Assembly (NCBI GenBank): GCA_963730185.1
Contig: CAVSQW010000009.1
Location: 1-64,000 of the forward strand
Source of the DNA: an uncultured Gemmatimonadales bacterium
GTDB lineage: Bacteria > Gemmatimonadota > Gemmatimonadetes > Gemmatimonadales > GWC2-71-9
Length of the DNA: 64,000 nt
Direction: 5' to 3'
Shown here: positions 20,730 through 31,425 of the stretch, one piece after another
Numbering within the stretch: position 1 is the first letter of the stretch
Layout of the letters: each line of letters begins with the position of its first letter
Notes under the pieces: model-generated
Databases searched by the model: none
What the model was told of the DNA's origin: nothing
Seen by the model: only the letters and a program-made list of their open reading frames with translations
Program-made: the position numbers and the translations under genes

Positions 20730-21707
20730 TTAGCGGCCCGGCGGCTTTGCCGTAGCGCTCGATGAGGCAGGTGCGGCGGGAACGGTGAACGGCTTCAGCA
20801 TCCCCTTGGCCCGGGCGTCGGGCACCTCGGCAACCCAGGCGTAGCGCCCAGGGTCGAGCGTCACCCTGAGATACGCGGTGCTCCCGGCCGGCATCTCGTT
20901 CGTCCCGCCCAGAAATTCCGCCGGGCTCGGCGTGTTCAAGCCCTCCGGCCGCCGCCAATCCATCCAGGCCTCCAGCGCGCCCAGGTCGGTGCTGTCCTGG
21001 AGCCGGACCAGATGGACGTCGTGACCCACGAAGTTCTCGTACACCGCCTGATCGGCGAAGTGCACGGCGATCGTCCGGCGTCCCGCCTGGGGGTCGCCCG
21101 CCATCACGATCCCGCTGTCGCCGGACACCGTCACCTGGAGGTCGGCAGTCGGCTCCGGCGCACCCGAGCCGGCGTCGGTGACGGTGAACTGGTGGACCAT
21201 CCCATGGGCGGTCGGGTCACGATTGAACGAGTGGAAGGTGCCGGCCGTCTTCACGTAGCATTCGAGCAGATAGGTACCGGGCGTCAGATTGACGGTCGTT
21301 TCGCTGACGTGACCCGGGGCCGTCAGGCCCGGCCCCCCGTCGAATACCACCTTCCCGAACCAGGGCGGCAGCTTCCCGAACGCGGCCCCCGCACCGGCGG
21401 CGTCTCCGGCCGCCAGCCGGTCCATCCCGGCCTGAAAGGCCGGCGCCACCTCCCGCTGCTGCTGCTCGAGCCCGATCCCGTCGGGCAGCCGCTCCAGGAC
21501 CGCGAAGTGCGTGAACGGGGCCTCATTCCGGAACCGGAACGTGACCCAGCCGCTCGGGATCGTGTCGGGCGCGTTGAAGGTGAGACCGTTGGCGACCACT
21601 TCGACGAGTCCCGGAGTCGGCGGCGCTGCCTTCGGTTGGTCCGAGCTACATCCCCCGGCGACGAGCGCCACCGCCGAAGCGGCGGCGAGCGAGGTGACTG
21701 TCCTCAT
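20730..21707 (-). CDS. lipoprotein with two cupredoxin-like domains
   Basis: Lipobox VAGGC; FNAPDTIPSGWVTFRFRN..PFTH, LTPGTYLLECYV...H...GMV, and a second repeat LDPGRYAWV...KGMLKPFTV. Confidence 0.65.
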   Translation of the reverse strand: MRTVTSLAAASAVALVAGGCSSDQPKAAPPTPGLVEVVANGLTFNAPDTIPSGWVTFRFRNEAPFTHFAVLERLPDGIGLEQQQREVAPAFQAGMDRLAAGDAAGAGAAFGKLPPWFGKVVFDGGPGLTAPGHVSETTVNLTPGTYLLECYVKTAGTFHSFNRDPTAHGMVHQFTVTDAGSGAPEPTADLQVTVSGDSGIVMAGDPQAGRRTIAVHFADQAVYENFVGHDVHLVRLQDSTDLGALEAWMDWRRPEGLNTPSPAEFLGGTNEMPAGSTAYLRVTLDPGRYAWVAEVPDARAKGMLKPFTVPAAPASSSATAKPPGR

Positions 21708-21856
21708 CGTTCCTCTCCTCGGTTGGTGGGGTGGGGTGGGCCCGCGGATCCGCGGGCGCGGTCGAGCCTACCTAGGCATTGTAGGCCACGCGCTCGCCGC
21801 CCGCCAACCAGAGTGGTGATGGCGCCACTCACACTCTCGCCGCTGGCCGTGTCAGT

Positions 21857-22469
21857 ATGATGGACCCACGGCTCTCGGCCTGGGACACCCGGCCCTCGTG
21901 GCCGCTCGAGAGGAAGGTACCCGACGCCCGAACCGGACCCGCGTCCCGACGCCGCACTCGTCGTCCTCGCCCGGGACGGCGACGAGGGCGCCTTCGACGC
22001 CCTGCTCCGCCGCCACGGCCGGACCGCGTTCGTGGTGGCCCGGGCGGTGGTGGGCGATCCCGACCAGGCGGAGGACGTCTGTCAGGACGCCCTCTTCCGA
22101 GTGTGGCAGCGGCTGGGCGACTGCCGCGAGCCGGATCGCTTCGGCGCGTGGCTGGCCCGGGCGGTCCATCGCCACGCGCTCAACGCGATCCGCGGGCGCC
22201 GGGACACCCGGGAGCTCGGGCCCGATCTGCCGCTCGACGCACCATCTCCCGAGCGCTGGGTCGAAACCGCCGACCGACTGACGCGGCTGGAGCGGGCGCT
22301 GGCCGAGCTCCGGCCGGCCGAGCGGGAGGCGGTGCTGCTCCACGACCTCGAGGGCTGGTCGCACCCGGAGATCGCGGAGGTTCTGGGCACCTCGGCGGCC
22401 ATGAGCCGCCAGCACCTCGTCGCCGGACGACGGCGGGTGCGGCAGCTGATGGGCGACGGAGAGGAGTGA
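21857..22469 (+). CDS. ECF RNA polymerase sigma factor (start uncertain; probable 5' indel)
   Basis: The open frame upstream of 22032 reads PDAALVVLARDGDEGAFDALLRRH, then AEDVCQDALFRVW...FGAWL...REAVLLHDLEGWSHPEIAEVLG. Confidence 0.8.
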
Positions 22470-22473
22470 CCGC

Positions 22474-22809
22474 ATGACCCCAGACGACGAGTCCCTCGAC
22501 CTGGCTTCCCTCGGCGCCGATGCGGAGGTCCGCGCGGCCCGAATCACGACCGCGGTCCTGGCCCGGATCTCGGCGCCCGCCCCAAGGCTCCTGGAGGTGA
22601 CCGTCGATCGGCTGGCGCGGATCGCGATCCCGAGCCTGCTCGCGGCCGCCGCGGCCGTGGCGGCCGTGGCCATGACCCGCCCAGCCAAACCCCGGGCCGA
22701 CCCCTTCGTGGCGTGGATCCTCCCCCAGGGGCCGGCTCGACAGTGGGCGATGCTGGATCGGGTGCCGGAGACCGCGGAGCTGACTTTCTTCTTGCGAGGC
22801 AACCGATGA
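22474..22809 (+). CDS. putative anti-sigma factor / small membrane protein
   Basis: Directly follows the sigma gene; single hydrophobic segment IPSLLAAAAAVAAVAM. Confidence 0.6.
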   Translation: MTPDDESLDLASLGADAEVRAARITTAVLARISAPAPRLLEVTVDRLARIAIPSLLAAAAAVAAVAMTRPAKPRADPFVAWILPQGPARQWAMLDRVPETAELTFFLRGNR

Positions 22810-23234
22810 CCGACCCTGGCTCTCGCCGGACGACCGGGCCCCGCGCCGCCGGACTCGCCGTTCTGACGCTTCTCGCGGTGGCGCTGATCGGCGGGGCCGC
22901 AGGCTACGCCCTGGGCCGGCGGCCGCGTCCGCCGGCCTCCAAGCGGATCGACCCCGAGATGACGCTGCTCGGCGATCGCTCGTCGCTGCTCGACCCGCTG
23001 GCACTCTCGCCCCCGCAGCGAGCCGAGATCGACAGCCTGCTCGACGCGGCCCGCGGCCGAGCCGACTCGGCCGTGAACCGGATGGTCACGGAGGTACGGG
23101 AGCTGAGCACCACCACCCGGCTCGCCGTCCGGGCTCGGCTCGAGCCGGTCCAACAGATCCGGTTCGACTCCCTGGTCGCCGTCACGCCGGCCACGAGTCC
23201 CCGGTCGCCGCTGCCGCCGCGACGCTCGCGCTGA
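22806..23234 (+). CDS. Spy/CpxP-like periplasmic protein
   Basis: ATGA overlap; N-terminal TM; LALSPPQRAEIDSLL...VRARLEPVQQIRFD (LTxxQ-like repeats). Confidence 0.6.
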   Translation: MTDPGSRRTTGPRAAGLAVLTLLAVALIGGAAGYALGRRPRPPASKRIDPEMTLLGDRSSLLDPLALSPPQRAEIDSLLDAARGRADSAVNRMVTEVRELSTTTRLAVRARLEPVQQIRFDSLVAVTPATSPRSPLPPRRSR

Positions 23235-23242
23235 GGATCATC

Positions 23243-24682
23243 ATGCCCCGTCCGCGTCTTGCGCTCCTCTTGGCCGCCGCGACCCTGACCCGGACGGTCG
23301 CCCTTGCCGCCCAGACCGACGCCGGCACCCCCCGCGAAGTCGGTCGCACATTCCAGCTGCCGTCACGGGTGTTGGGAGAGACGCGGACCATCGACGTCAC
23401 CCTCCCGCCCGACTACACCCGGAGCGGCGGCCGTCGCTATCCGGTTCTCTTCGTCCTCGACGGCGAATTCGAAGGCGGGATCGCCTCGACCACCGCGACC
23501 TTCCTGGCCTCGGTGGGGCAGCTCCCGCCGACCATCGTGGTGGACGTCCGAAACGTCGACCGGACCCGCGACGACACCCCACCCCCGACGGCCGGGTTCC
23601 AGCGGCCGCCGGAAGCGGCCACCGCCGGCGGCGCCGGGCGGTTCCTCGGCTTCCTGGCAGAGGAGCTGATTCCCTGGGTGGAGGGGCGCTATCGGACCGC
23701 GCCGATGCGAGTGCTGGTCGGTCACTCGCTGGGCGGCCTCTTCGCCTTCTACGCGATGGCGGAGCGGCCGGAGCTCTTCCTGGGCTATCTCGTGATGGAG
23801 CCGTCGGTCTGGTGGAACGATCATCACGAGCTGAAACAGGCGATCGCGGCGCTCCGCCGGCCGGCGGCCGCGCGCGAGCGGGTCGTCACCGTCAACGCCG
23901 AGACCCTCGGTCTCGACACCACCAAGTGGGGCGGGGACGCGCCGATGATCCGGGAGCTGGAGGTCAAGGGCGAGACCCACCAGAGCATGGCCCTCGCCGG
24001 GATGATGAAAGGGCTCCGGGCGATGTTCGCCGATTTCCTCCCGACCGACTGGCGGCCGGGGACTCACCCCATCGCGATGCTCGACCGCTACGACTCGCTC
24101 GCGGCGCGCATTGGGTACCCCGAGCCGATCCCCGAGGCGGCGTTCACGAAGGTGATCCGGATGTCGATCGACGGCCGCTACTTCGACGACGCGGCCCGGG
24201 CCCTGGAACGGCTGGAGCGGACCTTGGGTCCCTCGACCGAGAGCCGGGAGTTCCGCGACCGCCTGGCCCGGGAGCGCGCCGCTCCGGCACCGGCCGGCTG
24301 GGTTCCGCTCGAGATTCCGAGCCATCGGCCCACCCCAAAGGAAGCGGCGGCTTTCCTGGGCCGCTGGCAGGAGATCGGCGCCGACCGGCCGCACGAGATC
24401 GAGGTCCGGGCCTCGGGCGACACGATCGTGGTGCACGACCGGATTCCCTTCCCCAACGGCGACCGGTTCGAGCAGGACGATCCCGTCGTGCAAATCACGG
24501 CCGACGGCGTCCTCGAGTGGGGGCTGCCCTGGTTCCGGGAGCTTCCGGCGCTCCTCGTGCTCCAGGGCCGCCTCGGGACGGACGGGGTGCTGACCGTGAC
24601 CAGGGAGTCGCGAGGCTGGGTCCCGCGCGGGCCCGGTGCCGACCTGCACCGGACGGAGCGGTTTCGTCGGGTGGCGCCCTGA
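23243..24682 (+). CDS. secreted alpha/beta hydrolase (IroE/Fes-like esterase) with C-terminal extension
   Basis: SRVLGETRTIDVTLP..Y...RYPVLFVLDG, FLAEELIPWVE, nucleophile GHSLGG and ETH. Confidence 0.85.
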   Translation: MPRPRLALLLAAATLTRTVALAAQTDAGTPREVGRTFQLPSRVLGETRTIDVTLPPDYTRSGGRRYPVLFVLDGEFEGGIASTTATFLASVGQLPPTIVVDVRNVDRTRDDTPPPTAGFQRPPEAATAGGAGRFLGFLAEELIPWVEGRYRTAPMRVLVGHSLGGLFAFYAMAERPELFLGYLVMEPSVWWNDHHELKQAIAALRRPAAARERVVTVNAETLGLDTTKWGGDAPMIRELEVKGETHQSMALAGMMKGLRAMFADFLPTDWRPGTHPIAMLDRYDSLAARIGYPEPIPEAAFTKVIRMSIDGRYFDDAARALERLERTLGPSTESREFRDRLARERAAPAPAGWVPLEIPSHRPTPKEAAAFLGRWQEIGADRPHEIEVRASGDTIVVHDRIPFPNGDRFEQDDPVVQITADGVLEWGLPWFRELPALLVLQGRLGTDGVLTVTRESRGWVPRGPGADLHRTERFRRVAP

Positions 24683-24770
24683 CCGTAGGCCGGACTAGCG
24701 GGGCCGCGGGCGTGATGTCGGGGCGGCGCCGATTTGCCGATCCGAGGGCAACGGGCGTACCGTCAAGGCC

Positions 24771-25397
24771 ATGCCCGAGCCGCACCCCAGGCTGCCGATC
24801 GCCCTGCTGGCCGCCGTGACCCTGGCGCTGATCTGGTCGGGGCTTCACCCCTACGAGCGCGGCACCTGGTGGCTGGAGGTCTTCCCCATCCTGATCGGCG
24901 CCCCGATCCTGGTCGCCACGGCGCGCCGGTTCCCGTTGACGCCGCTGGTCTACTGGCTCCTGGCCCTCCACGCGCTGATCCTGATCGTCGGCGGGCACTA
25001 CACCTACGCTCGGGTGCCGCTCGGCTTCTGGGTCCGCGACGCGCTCGGCCTGGCCCGGAACGACTACGACCGCTTGGGCCACTTCGCCCAAGGGTTCGTG
25101 CCGGCGCTGTTGGTCCGGGAGCTCCTGCTCCGGACCTCGCCGCTCCGCCGGGGGAAGTGGCTCTTCGTGCTGGTGACGGCGGTGTGCCTGGCCTTCAGCG
25201 CCTGCTACGAGCTCTTCGAGTGGGCCGCCGCGCTCGCCGGCGGTCACGCGGCCGACGCCTTCCTCGGCACCCAGGGCGACCCCTGGGACACTCAGTGGGA
25301 CATGTTCACCGCCCTGATCGGGGCGCTGGCGGCGCAGCTGCTGCTGGCCCGCGCCCAGGACCGTCAGCTGGCCCGCCTCAGTGACTCGTCCCCGTGA
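24771..25397 (+). CDS. DUF2238 / YjdF-like inner membrane protein
   Basis: WWLE, GGHYTYARVPLG, RNDYDRLGHFAQG, YELFEW and FLGTQGDPWDTQWDM. Confidence 0.9.
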   Translation: MPEPHPRLPIALLAAVTLALIWSGLHPYERGTWWLEVFPILIGAPILVATARRFPLTPLVYWLLALHALILIVGGHYTYARVPLGFWVRDALGLARNDYDRLGHFAQGFVPALLVRELLLRTSPLRRGKWLFVLVTAVCLAFSACYELFEWAAALAGGHAADAFLGTQGDPWDTQWDMFTALIGALAAQLLLARAQDRQLARLSDSSP

Positions 25398-25524
25398 TCA
25401 CCACCGTTCCGATCGGCGGCGACGCCGCCTCCAGCCGAACCCAGACGTGGCTCTCGAACGTGCTGCTGGCGGCGAAGCAGAGCCCCAAGCGCCCGAGAGG
25501 GCCCGGCAACGACCCGAACCTGGC

Positions 25525-27323
25525 TCAGGAGCCGGGCTGCACGAGGTAGAAGGCCGCGCGATAGCGCCACCGGGTGAAGGCGATCGACTTCCCGTCGGGC
25601 GACACCGCGGGTTGGGTCTTCCGGGTGGAGTCCGTGGTGAGCTGCTCCGGGCGACCCTGACCCGTGGCCGCGACCCGGAAGAGCTGTAGCACGCCGGCCG
25701 AGTCGGGAGCGGGGTAGACCAGCCAGGCGCCGTCGGGACTCACGCCGAGCCCGTCGTAGTGCTGCGGGCTCTGGTACTCGTGGAGCTCGACCGGCACGCC
25801 GCCGGTCCGGGCCACTCGGTAGATGACGTGGCTCCGGGGCGGACGGTAGGCGGTGAAGACGACCTGATCGCTCCCGCCGAGCCACTCGGAAGCGGTGAGG
25901 TCGTCGTCGAGGCCGCCGAGGGAGATCTCGTGCGCGGGGACGGTCACCCGGCCGCTCTCCTGGTCCACCCCGATGATCCAGAGCGACGAGCGGGCCCGTT
26001 CGCCGCGGGTTCCGTCGCCGTCGAAGATCACCCACCGCCCGTCCCGCGACCATCGGGGCCAGCCCACCTCGGCCCCCCGGCCCAGCTGGCTGATCCGGAC
26101 CGCGGGAGCGGCGGCGCCCGCGGGGCGGAGCCAGACGTCGTCCGAGCCCTGCTGGTGCGAATGAAAGGCGATCCAGCGGCCGTTCGGCGACCAGGTGAGT
26201 CCCTGGTCCTCCGAGACCGAGGCCTGCACCACCGTGGTGGGCGCCGAGGCGGGCGCCGGACCCGAGGCGGGCACGATCCCGGCGTCCTGGGCGATGTCGG
26301 GATAGCGGAAGTCGTCGACGACCCGGCGCCAGGTGCCGTAGGTAACGCCGAGCGAGTCGCCGGTCCAGTTCCAGGACGGCGTCTCGGCCTGGAAGGCGGT
26401 GCGGAGCCGGGCCTCGCCGCCCGCCGCGGGCATCACCAGCACCTCGGTATGGTAGTCCTGCACCTTGAAGAGCACCGACCCGTCGCCCGCGACCGACGGC
26501 GCGTAGGCGTCGCGAGCGAACGACCCGAGCGCGCGGCCGTTGGCCGAGTCGCCGGCGGGGGCGCCGAGCCGCCAGGCCCGGGTCTCGAGGAAGCCCTTCG
26601 AGTCGGGCAGCGCCAGATAGAGCGTCCGGCCGTCGGGCGCGACGCCGATCGGGCCGTAGGCGTCGCGATCGTCCAGGCCCGGCACCGGGGCGCCACCGCA
26701 GGGCAGCGTAACCCGCTGCCGATCGTCAGCCAGCGCCAGACACACGAGCCGCCCGTCCGGGAGCCAGGCCGGATGGCTCAGCTCGGCGCCGGAGCGCGCC
26801 ACCACCGAGCCTCGCCCGGAGGAGTCGACCACCCAGATCCGCGAGCCCGAGTCGCCGAGCTCGGTCCCGGCAACCCGGCCGTCGGCCGACCAGGCGAGCT
26901 GGTTCAGACGGTCGGGGAAACCGAGCGATCGCCGTCCGCCAGCCGCGCGCCGTCGGGCCAGAGCGGCTCCCGGGCTCGCGCCCCGAGATCGTAGCGCCAC
27001 CAACGCGGTCGGCCGCCCCGCTGATCCGTCACCAGCCGACCCTGCCCGTCCCAGGCCAGGTGGACGATCCGCCCGTTGCCGGAGGGCAGCGTGACCGGGC
27101 TCCCGTTGCCAACCAGCGGGCGAACCTGGAGCACCTCGTTCGCGGCCGTGACGAGCCAGCGCCCCGAGGGATCGACCACACCGAGCGGGTCACGGTAGCC
27201 GACCGGGCCGCTCTGGTCGACGGTGGCGACGAGCGTCGGTTGGCGCGCGGCGGGGGGAGAGGAACAGCCGAGGATGAGCAGGCAGACGGCGAGACGGGGG
27301 ACGGCGGTTCGGGAACGCGGCAC
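25525..27323 (-). CDS. TolB-like PD40 beta-propeller lipoprotein (frameshift ~27000)
   Basis: GTG after GGAGG; lipobox LILGC; repeated WSPNGRWIAF, WSRDGRWVIF, VSPDGAWLVY and VSPDGKSIAF. Confidence 0.8.
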
Positions 27324-27373
27324 CTGACCCTCCGGCGGTAGCTGGCTCCGGTAGAGTATACCGGCCGGACCCA

Positions 27374-30067
27374 CTACTCGCCTCGGAGCGCCTCGTTGGG
27401 ATCGGCGGCGGTGGCCCGCCTGGCGGGCACCAGGCTCGCCGCCAGCGCCACGGCCAGGAGCAAACCAGCCACCCCACCGTACACCCACGGGTCGGTCGCC
27501 GACTGCTGGAAGAGGAGCGGCTGGATCGACCGGGCCAAGGCCAGGGCCGCGCCGACACCGAGGAGGATGCCGACGCCGGTGACCCGGATTCCCTGCCCCA
27601 CCACCAGCCGGACCAGGTCGGCGGCCCGGGCGCCGAGGGCGGTGCGAACCCCGAGCTCGTGGCGGCGCTGGGCCACGTCGTAGGTGATGAGCCCGTAGAG
27701 CCCGACCCCGGCCACGAGCAGGGCCAGCACCCCGAACGCCGCGAACATCGTCGCCCCGACCTGCCAGGCGCGGCGTTGGCTCTCGACCACCCGGGCCAGG
27801 GAGGTCACGGTGACGTACCCGTCGCCCGGCATTTCGGCCTGGAGGACCTTCCGGACCGGCTCGGCCAGCTGGCCGGGATCGTTCCGGGTCTGGAGCAGGA
27901 GGGTCTCGGCCTCGCGCCCGTACTGGGCGATCGGGAGGTAATAGCGGAACCGGTCGTCGTGGGTCAGGCTGTTTTGGAAGGCGTCCTCGGCGATGCCAAC
28001 CACCGTGGTACAGGGCACCGTGTCGGCGCCGACCTGCATGCACTGGCCGATGGCGTCCTTGCCCGGCCAGAGGACCCGGGCCATCGCCTCGCTCACCACC
28101 GCCACCAGGGGCGTGCCCTCCCGGTCCTCGGCCGTAAAGGGACGGCCCCGGAGGATCCGGGTGCCCATGGTCTCGAAGTAATCCGGCGACGCGGTCTGGT
28201 ACGTGAACCGGCCCAGCTTCCGGACCGAATCGATGCCCGCGACCCGGAGGCTGGTGCTCGAGGTGCTCCAGAAAGGCACGCTGCTCACCAGGGCGGCGTG
28301 CTCCACGCCCCCGATCCGCTGGGCCCGCTCCAGGAACCGCTGCTGGAAGCTCCAGGTCTCGTCGCCGCTCAGCTTGGCGCCCCGGAAGTTGGGCGACACC
28401 ATCAGCACCCGGTCGGCATCGTAGCCGAGCCGCATGGACCGGACGTGATCGAGGCTCCGGACGAAGAGGCCCGCTCCGATCAGGAGGATCACCGAGAGGG
28501 CACCCTGGAAGATCAGGAGGCCGGTGCGGGTGCGGGAGCGATGGGCGCCGCCCTCCCGGGCGCCGGCCTTGAGTCCGCCGACCAGGTCGCCGCTTCGGCC
28601 GGCCAGGAACGCGGGCCCGACCCCGGTCACGAGCCCAGCCATCACCGCGACGACCGCCGCCAGACCCAGGGTCCGCGAATCGCCGATTACGCCGAGCGCC
28701 TGGTCGCGGAGGAAGAGATGGCGGAGCGCGGCACCTCCCCACTGGGCAATCAGCACCCCGGCGAGACATCCCAACCCGGCCAGCACCAGGCTCTCCGTCA
28801 GGCCCTGGGCCAGTAACCGCCCGCGGCTCACGCCGAGGGCCAACCGGACGGCGGTCTCCCGGCGGCGCCGGAGCATCCGAGCGAGCATCAGGTTGGTCAC
28901 GTTGGCGCAGGCGATCAGCAGGACGATCAGCGCGACCCCACCCACCCAGAGCAAGGTGGTCGACTCGAGGCCGGCCCCTGGTCCGGCCGCGCTCTTGAGC
29001 GGCCCGGCGATTCCGCGCGGGTGGGCCGTGCCGGCCGGCGGCAACGGCCCGAGCACCTTCTCGGCGTTCCAGCTCTGGAGGTAGGCCTGGGTCAGGTCGC
29101 CACTGGCGGCCGCCTCGCTTACCCCGGGCGCACGCCGGGCCATCACCGCCAGCCAGCCCCAGTGATACTGGGTGTAGTAGTCGGTCCCGTCCTCGTTCCG
29201 GAACGACTGGGATCCCGCATAGGTAGTGATTGGGATGAACACGTCGGGCGGCTCGCCCTCCGACACCCCGACGAACCCCCGGGGCGCGACCCCGACGATC
29301 GTGCAGGCGATGTCGCGGACCCGGAGCGTCCGGCCCACCACGTCGTCCCGGCCGCCCATCTGGCTTTGCCAGTAGTCGTACCCCAGCACGGCGACCGGGG
29401 AGCCGGCCGGCAACGAATCGTCGGCCGGGCCGAAGAACCGGCCCAGAGCCGGCTTGGCGTCGAAGAAGTCGAAGAAGCTCCCGCTCACCGCCATCACCGG
29501 GCGCTCGGCCGCGGCGTCGCCGGACCCGACCGCGAGGTGCCGGTCGGCGAAGGCGGCGAGCTGGCTGAACTTGGTCGTCCAGCGGCGGAGATCGAGATAG
29601 CGGGTGTACTCGAAGCCGTCGCCGCTCGTCACCTCGCCGCCGCGTTCGGTCCGCTGGAGGTACACCCGGTTCACGGCGCCGGGATCGTGCAGGTAGGGAA
29701 ACGGCCGGAACATCAGCCGGTCGATCACCCCGAACATCGCGGCATTGGCGCCGATCCCGAGCCCCAAGGTGAGGGCGACGGTCAGAGTGAACCCGGGCGA
29801 CCGGCCCAGACCGCGGAAGGCGTACCGGACGTCCTGCAAGAGGTGGTCGAGCCAGGGCCAGGACCAGCGGTCGCGAGCCTCCTCCCGGGCCCGGGTCACG
29901 TTGCCGAGCCGCCGGCGGGCTGCCTGCTGGGCCTCGACCGTCGTGGCGCCCTCGGCCCGGGCGTCCCGCTCGAGCCGCTCGGCGTGGAAGGCCAGCTCGT
30001 CCCGGAGCTCCCGGTCCAACCGGTCCCGCCGGATCCAGTCCCAGAGTCGGGTCAGCCACTCGCGCAT
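27374..30067 (-). CDS. ADOP-family duplicated ABC permease
   Basis: DRELRDELAFH...ARRRLGN, QDVRYAFRGLGRSPGFT...LGIGANAAMF, IACANV and C-terminal ADPNEALRGE. Confidence 0.9.
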   Translation of the reverse strand: MREWLTRLWDWIRRDRLDRELRDELAFHAERLERDARAEGATTVEAQQAARRRLGNVTRAREEARDRWSWPWLDHLLQDVRYAFRGLGRSPGFTLTVALTLGLGIGANAAMFGVIDRLMFRPFPYLHDPGAVNRVYLQRTERGGEVTSGDGFEYTRYLDLRRWTTKFSQLAAFADRHLAVGSGDAAAERPVMAVSGSFFDFFDAKPALGRFFGPADDSLPAGSPVAVLGYDYWQSQMGGRDDVVGRTLRVRDIACTIVGVAPRGFVGVSEGEPPDVFIPITTYAGSQSFRNEDGTDYYTQYHWGWLAVMARRAPGVSEAAASGDLTQAYLQSWNAEKVLGPLPPAGTAHPRGIAGPLKSAAGPGAGLESTTLLWVGGVALIVLLIACANVTNLMLARMLRRRRETAVRLALGVSRGRLLAQGLTESLVLAGLGCLAGVLIAQWGGAALRHLFLRDQALGVIGDSRTLGLAAVVAVMAGLVTGVGPAFLAGRSGDLVGGLKAGAREGGAHRSRTRTGLLIFQGALSVILLIGAGLFVRSLDHVRSMRLGYDADRVLMVSPNFRGAKLSGDETWSFQQRFLERAQRIGGVEHAALVSSVPFWSTSSTSLRVAGIDSVRKLGRFTYQTASPDYFETMGTRILRGRPFTAEDREGTPLVAVVSEAMARVLWPGKDAIGQCMQVGADTVPCTTVVGIAEDAFQNSLTHDDRFRYYLPIAQYGREAETLLLQTRNDPGQLAEPVRKVLQAEMPGDGYVTVTSLARVVESQRRAWQVGATMFAAFGVLALLVAGVGLYGLITYDVAQRRHELGVRTALGARAADLVRLVVGQGIRVTGVGILLGVGAALALARSIQPLLFQQSATDPWVYGGVAGLLLAVALAASLVPARRATAADPNEALRGE

Positions 30068-30090
30068 GATGATCCTCGTCGCTGGTCGCC

Positions 30091-30426
30091 TCAGGCGGGC
30101 TTGATCACCCGGCGGATGGCGGCCACCAGCTCGTCGAAGCCGGACACCTGGTCGCCCAGGTGGCGCCGGCCCTTGGCGGTGAGGGTGTAGTAGCGAGCCC
30201 GCTGATGGTTCGAGGTGGTCCCCCACTCCGCCTTGAGCCAGCCCTTCTGGCGCATCCGCTGGAGGGCCGGGTAGAGGGAGCCCTCTTCCACCTTGATCAC
30301 GTCGCCGGACACCCGGCGGATGTGCTGGGCGATCCCGTAGCCGTGCATCGCCTGCACGGTGAGGGTGTTGAGGATCAGCATGTCGAGGGTGCCGGGGATC
30401 AGGTCGCGGCGGGCGGTCGAGGTCAT
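30091..30426 (-). CDS. PadR family regulator (acidobacterial ADOP-associated type)
   Basis: LIPGTLDMLIL...MHGYGIAQ...VEEGSLYPALQRM...W...EWG...RARYYTLT. Confidence 0.9.
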   Translation of the reverse strand: MTSTARRDLIPGTLDMLILNTLTVQAMHGYGIAQHIRRVSGDVIKVEEGSLYPALQRMRQKGWLKAEWGTTSNHQRARYYTLTAKGRRHLGDQVSGFDELVAAIRRVIKPA

Positions 30427-30431
30427 GCTCT

Positions 30432-30465
30432 AAGGTATAGATTGTCTATGCCCTAGGCAATCTAT
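30432..30465 (-). promoter_or_regulatory. promoter TTGCCT-N17-TACCTT overlapped by an inverted-repeat operator
   Basis: ATAGATTGTCTA-TGCCC-TAGGCAATCTAT (30437-30465); the -10 box lies 5 nt before the PadR ATG. Confidence 0.65.
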
Positions 30466-30530
30466 GGCTTTGGGCCGTGAAGGTGGGGCGGGGGGTGTTA
30501 CCCGCTCGGGCGCTGCGTTCGGCCGACGAT

Positions 30531-30653
30531 GGCAAGCTCGCCGATGAGATGGACGATTACGTCCTGGTAGACGGCGACCCGCTCGCCAACCTCAAGGACG
30601 TTCGCAAGGTCCAGGTGGTGGCGCAGAGCGGCCGGGTGGTGTTCCGGAAGTAG
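30531..30653 (+). pseudogene. C-terminal remnant of an amidohydrolase
   Basis: Translates to GKLADEMDDYVLVDGDPLANLKDVRKVQVVAQSGRVVFRK*, matching the tail of the intact amidohydrolase at 46991-48415 (GKAADLVVIDGNP...IRKV). Confidence 0.6.
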
Positions 30654-30669
30654 CGCCGTTCGCGACGGG

Positions 30670-31272
30670 TCAGGCGTCCGAGCGGCCTCGCCGGTCGACG
30701 TCTTCCACCCGCCGGCGGGCGAGATCCCAGTCGATGGTCGGCGCCACCTCCTCGTCGGCGAGGGCCAGCGCGGCCCGAGCCCGCTCGACGACCGCCGCTC
30801 CGTCCGGCACCTTGAGCCCGAACTCGACCTCCGCCTCCCGACACCGCCGCTCCTCCTCCGCCGCGGCGACCTTGGTCCCCTCGCGGATTCCGGCCGCGCC
30901 CAGCTTGGCATGCACCGCCTCGTGGACGATCGACGCCCCGACCTGCGCGGACGTGATGTCGGGATGGACCAGGAAGGTCAGCTCGATCAGGCAGACGCCG
31001 AGATCGGGATAGTACGCCGCCCGGCACGCATACCGCCGGACCAGGATGGCAGTGAAGGCCTCGCGAAGATCGGCAAAGCGCTCCGGCGTGTGCTGCTCGA
31101 TCAGGGCAAGCGCCTGGTCGAGCCGGGCGAGGGCGGCCTCGGTCCGGATGTCGGGCCGGGCGTTGTGTACCAGCACCGGCAGCCCGTGGACCGTGTGCTC
31201 CTCGAGCGTCGGCGTGTCCGGATCGCGGCGAAGGGCGGTGATCACGGCGGAGAGGCGGGTTCGGTCCGGCAT
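30670..31272 (-). CDS. hypothetical protein with HExxH motif (possible Zn metallopeptidase)
   Basis: SIVHEAVHA followed by EEERRC; alternative start at 31323. Confidence 0.6.
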   Translation of the reverse strand: MPDRTRLSAVITALRRDPDTPTLEEHTVHGLPVLVHNARPDIRTEAALARLDQALALIEQHTPERFADLREAFTAILVRRYACRAAYYPDLGVCLIELTFLVHPDITSAQVGASIVHEAVHAKLGAAGIREGTKVAAAEEERRCREAEVEFGLKVPDGAAVVERARAALALADEEVAPTIDWDLARRRVEDVDRRGRSDA

Positions 31273-31425
31273 GGCACCTCGCTGGTTCTGGCTCCGGGTC
31301 TCCAGGGGGACCCGGTCGGGCATTCTGTCCTTGAGGCGCTGCCCGAGCAAGGGGCGCCGCACCGACGAGACCGAAACTCATCCGGAGCCCGGTCGTAGGG
31401 AAAGCTCCCATCCCCGACGAATCCG

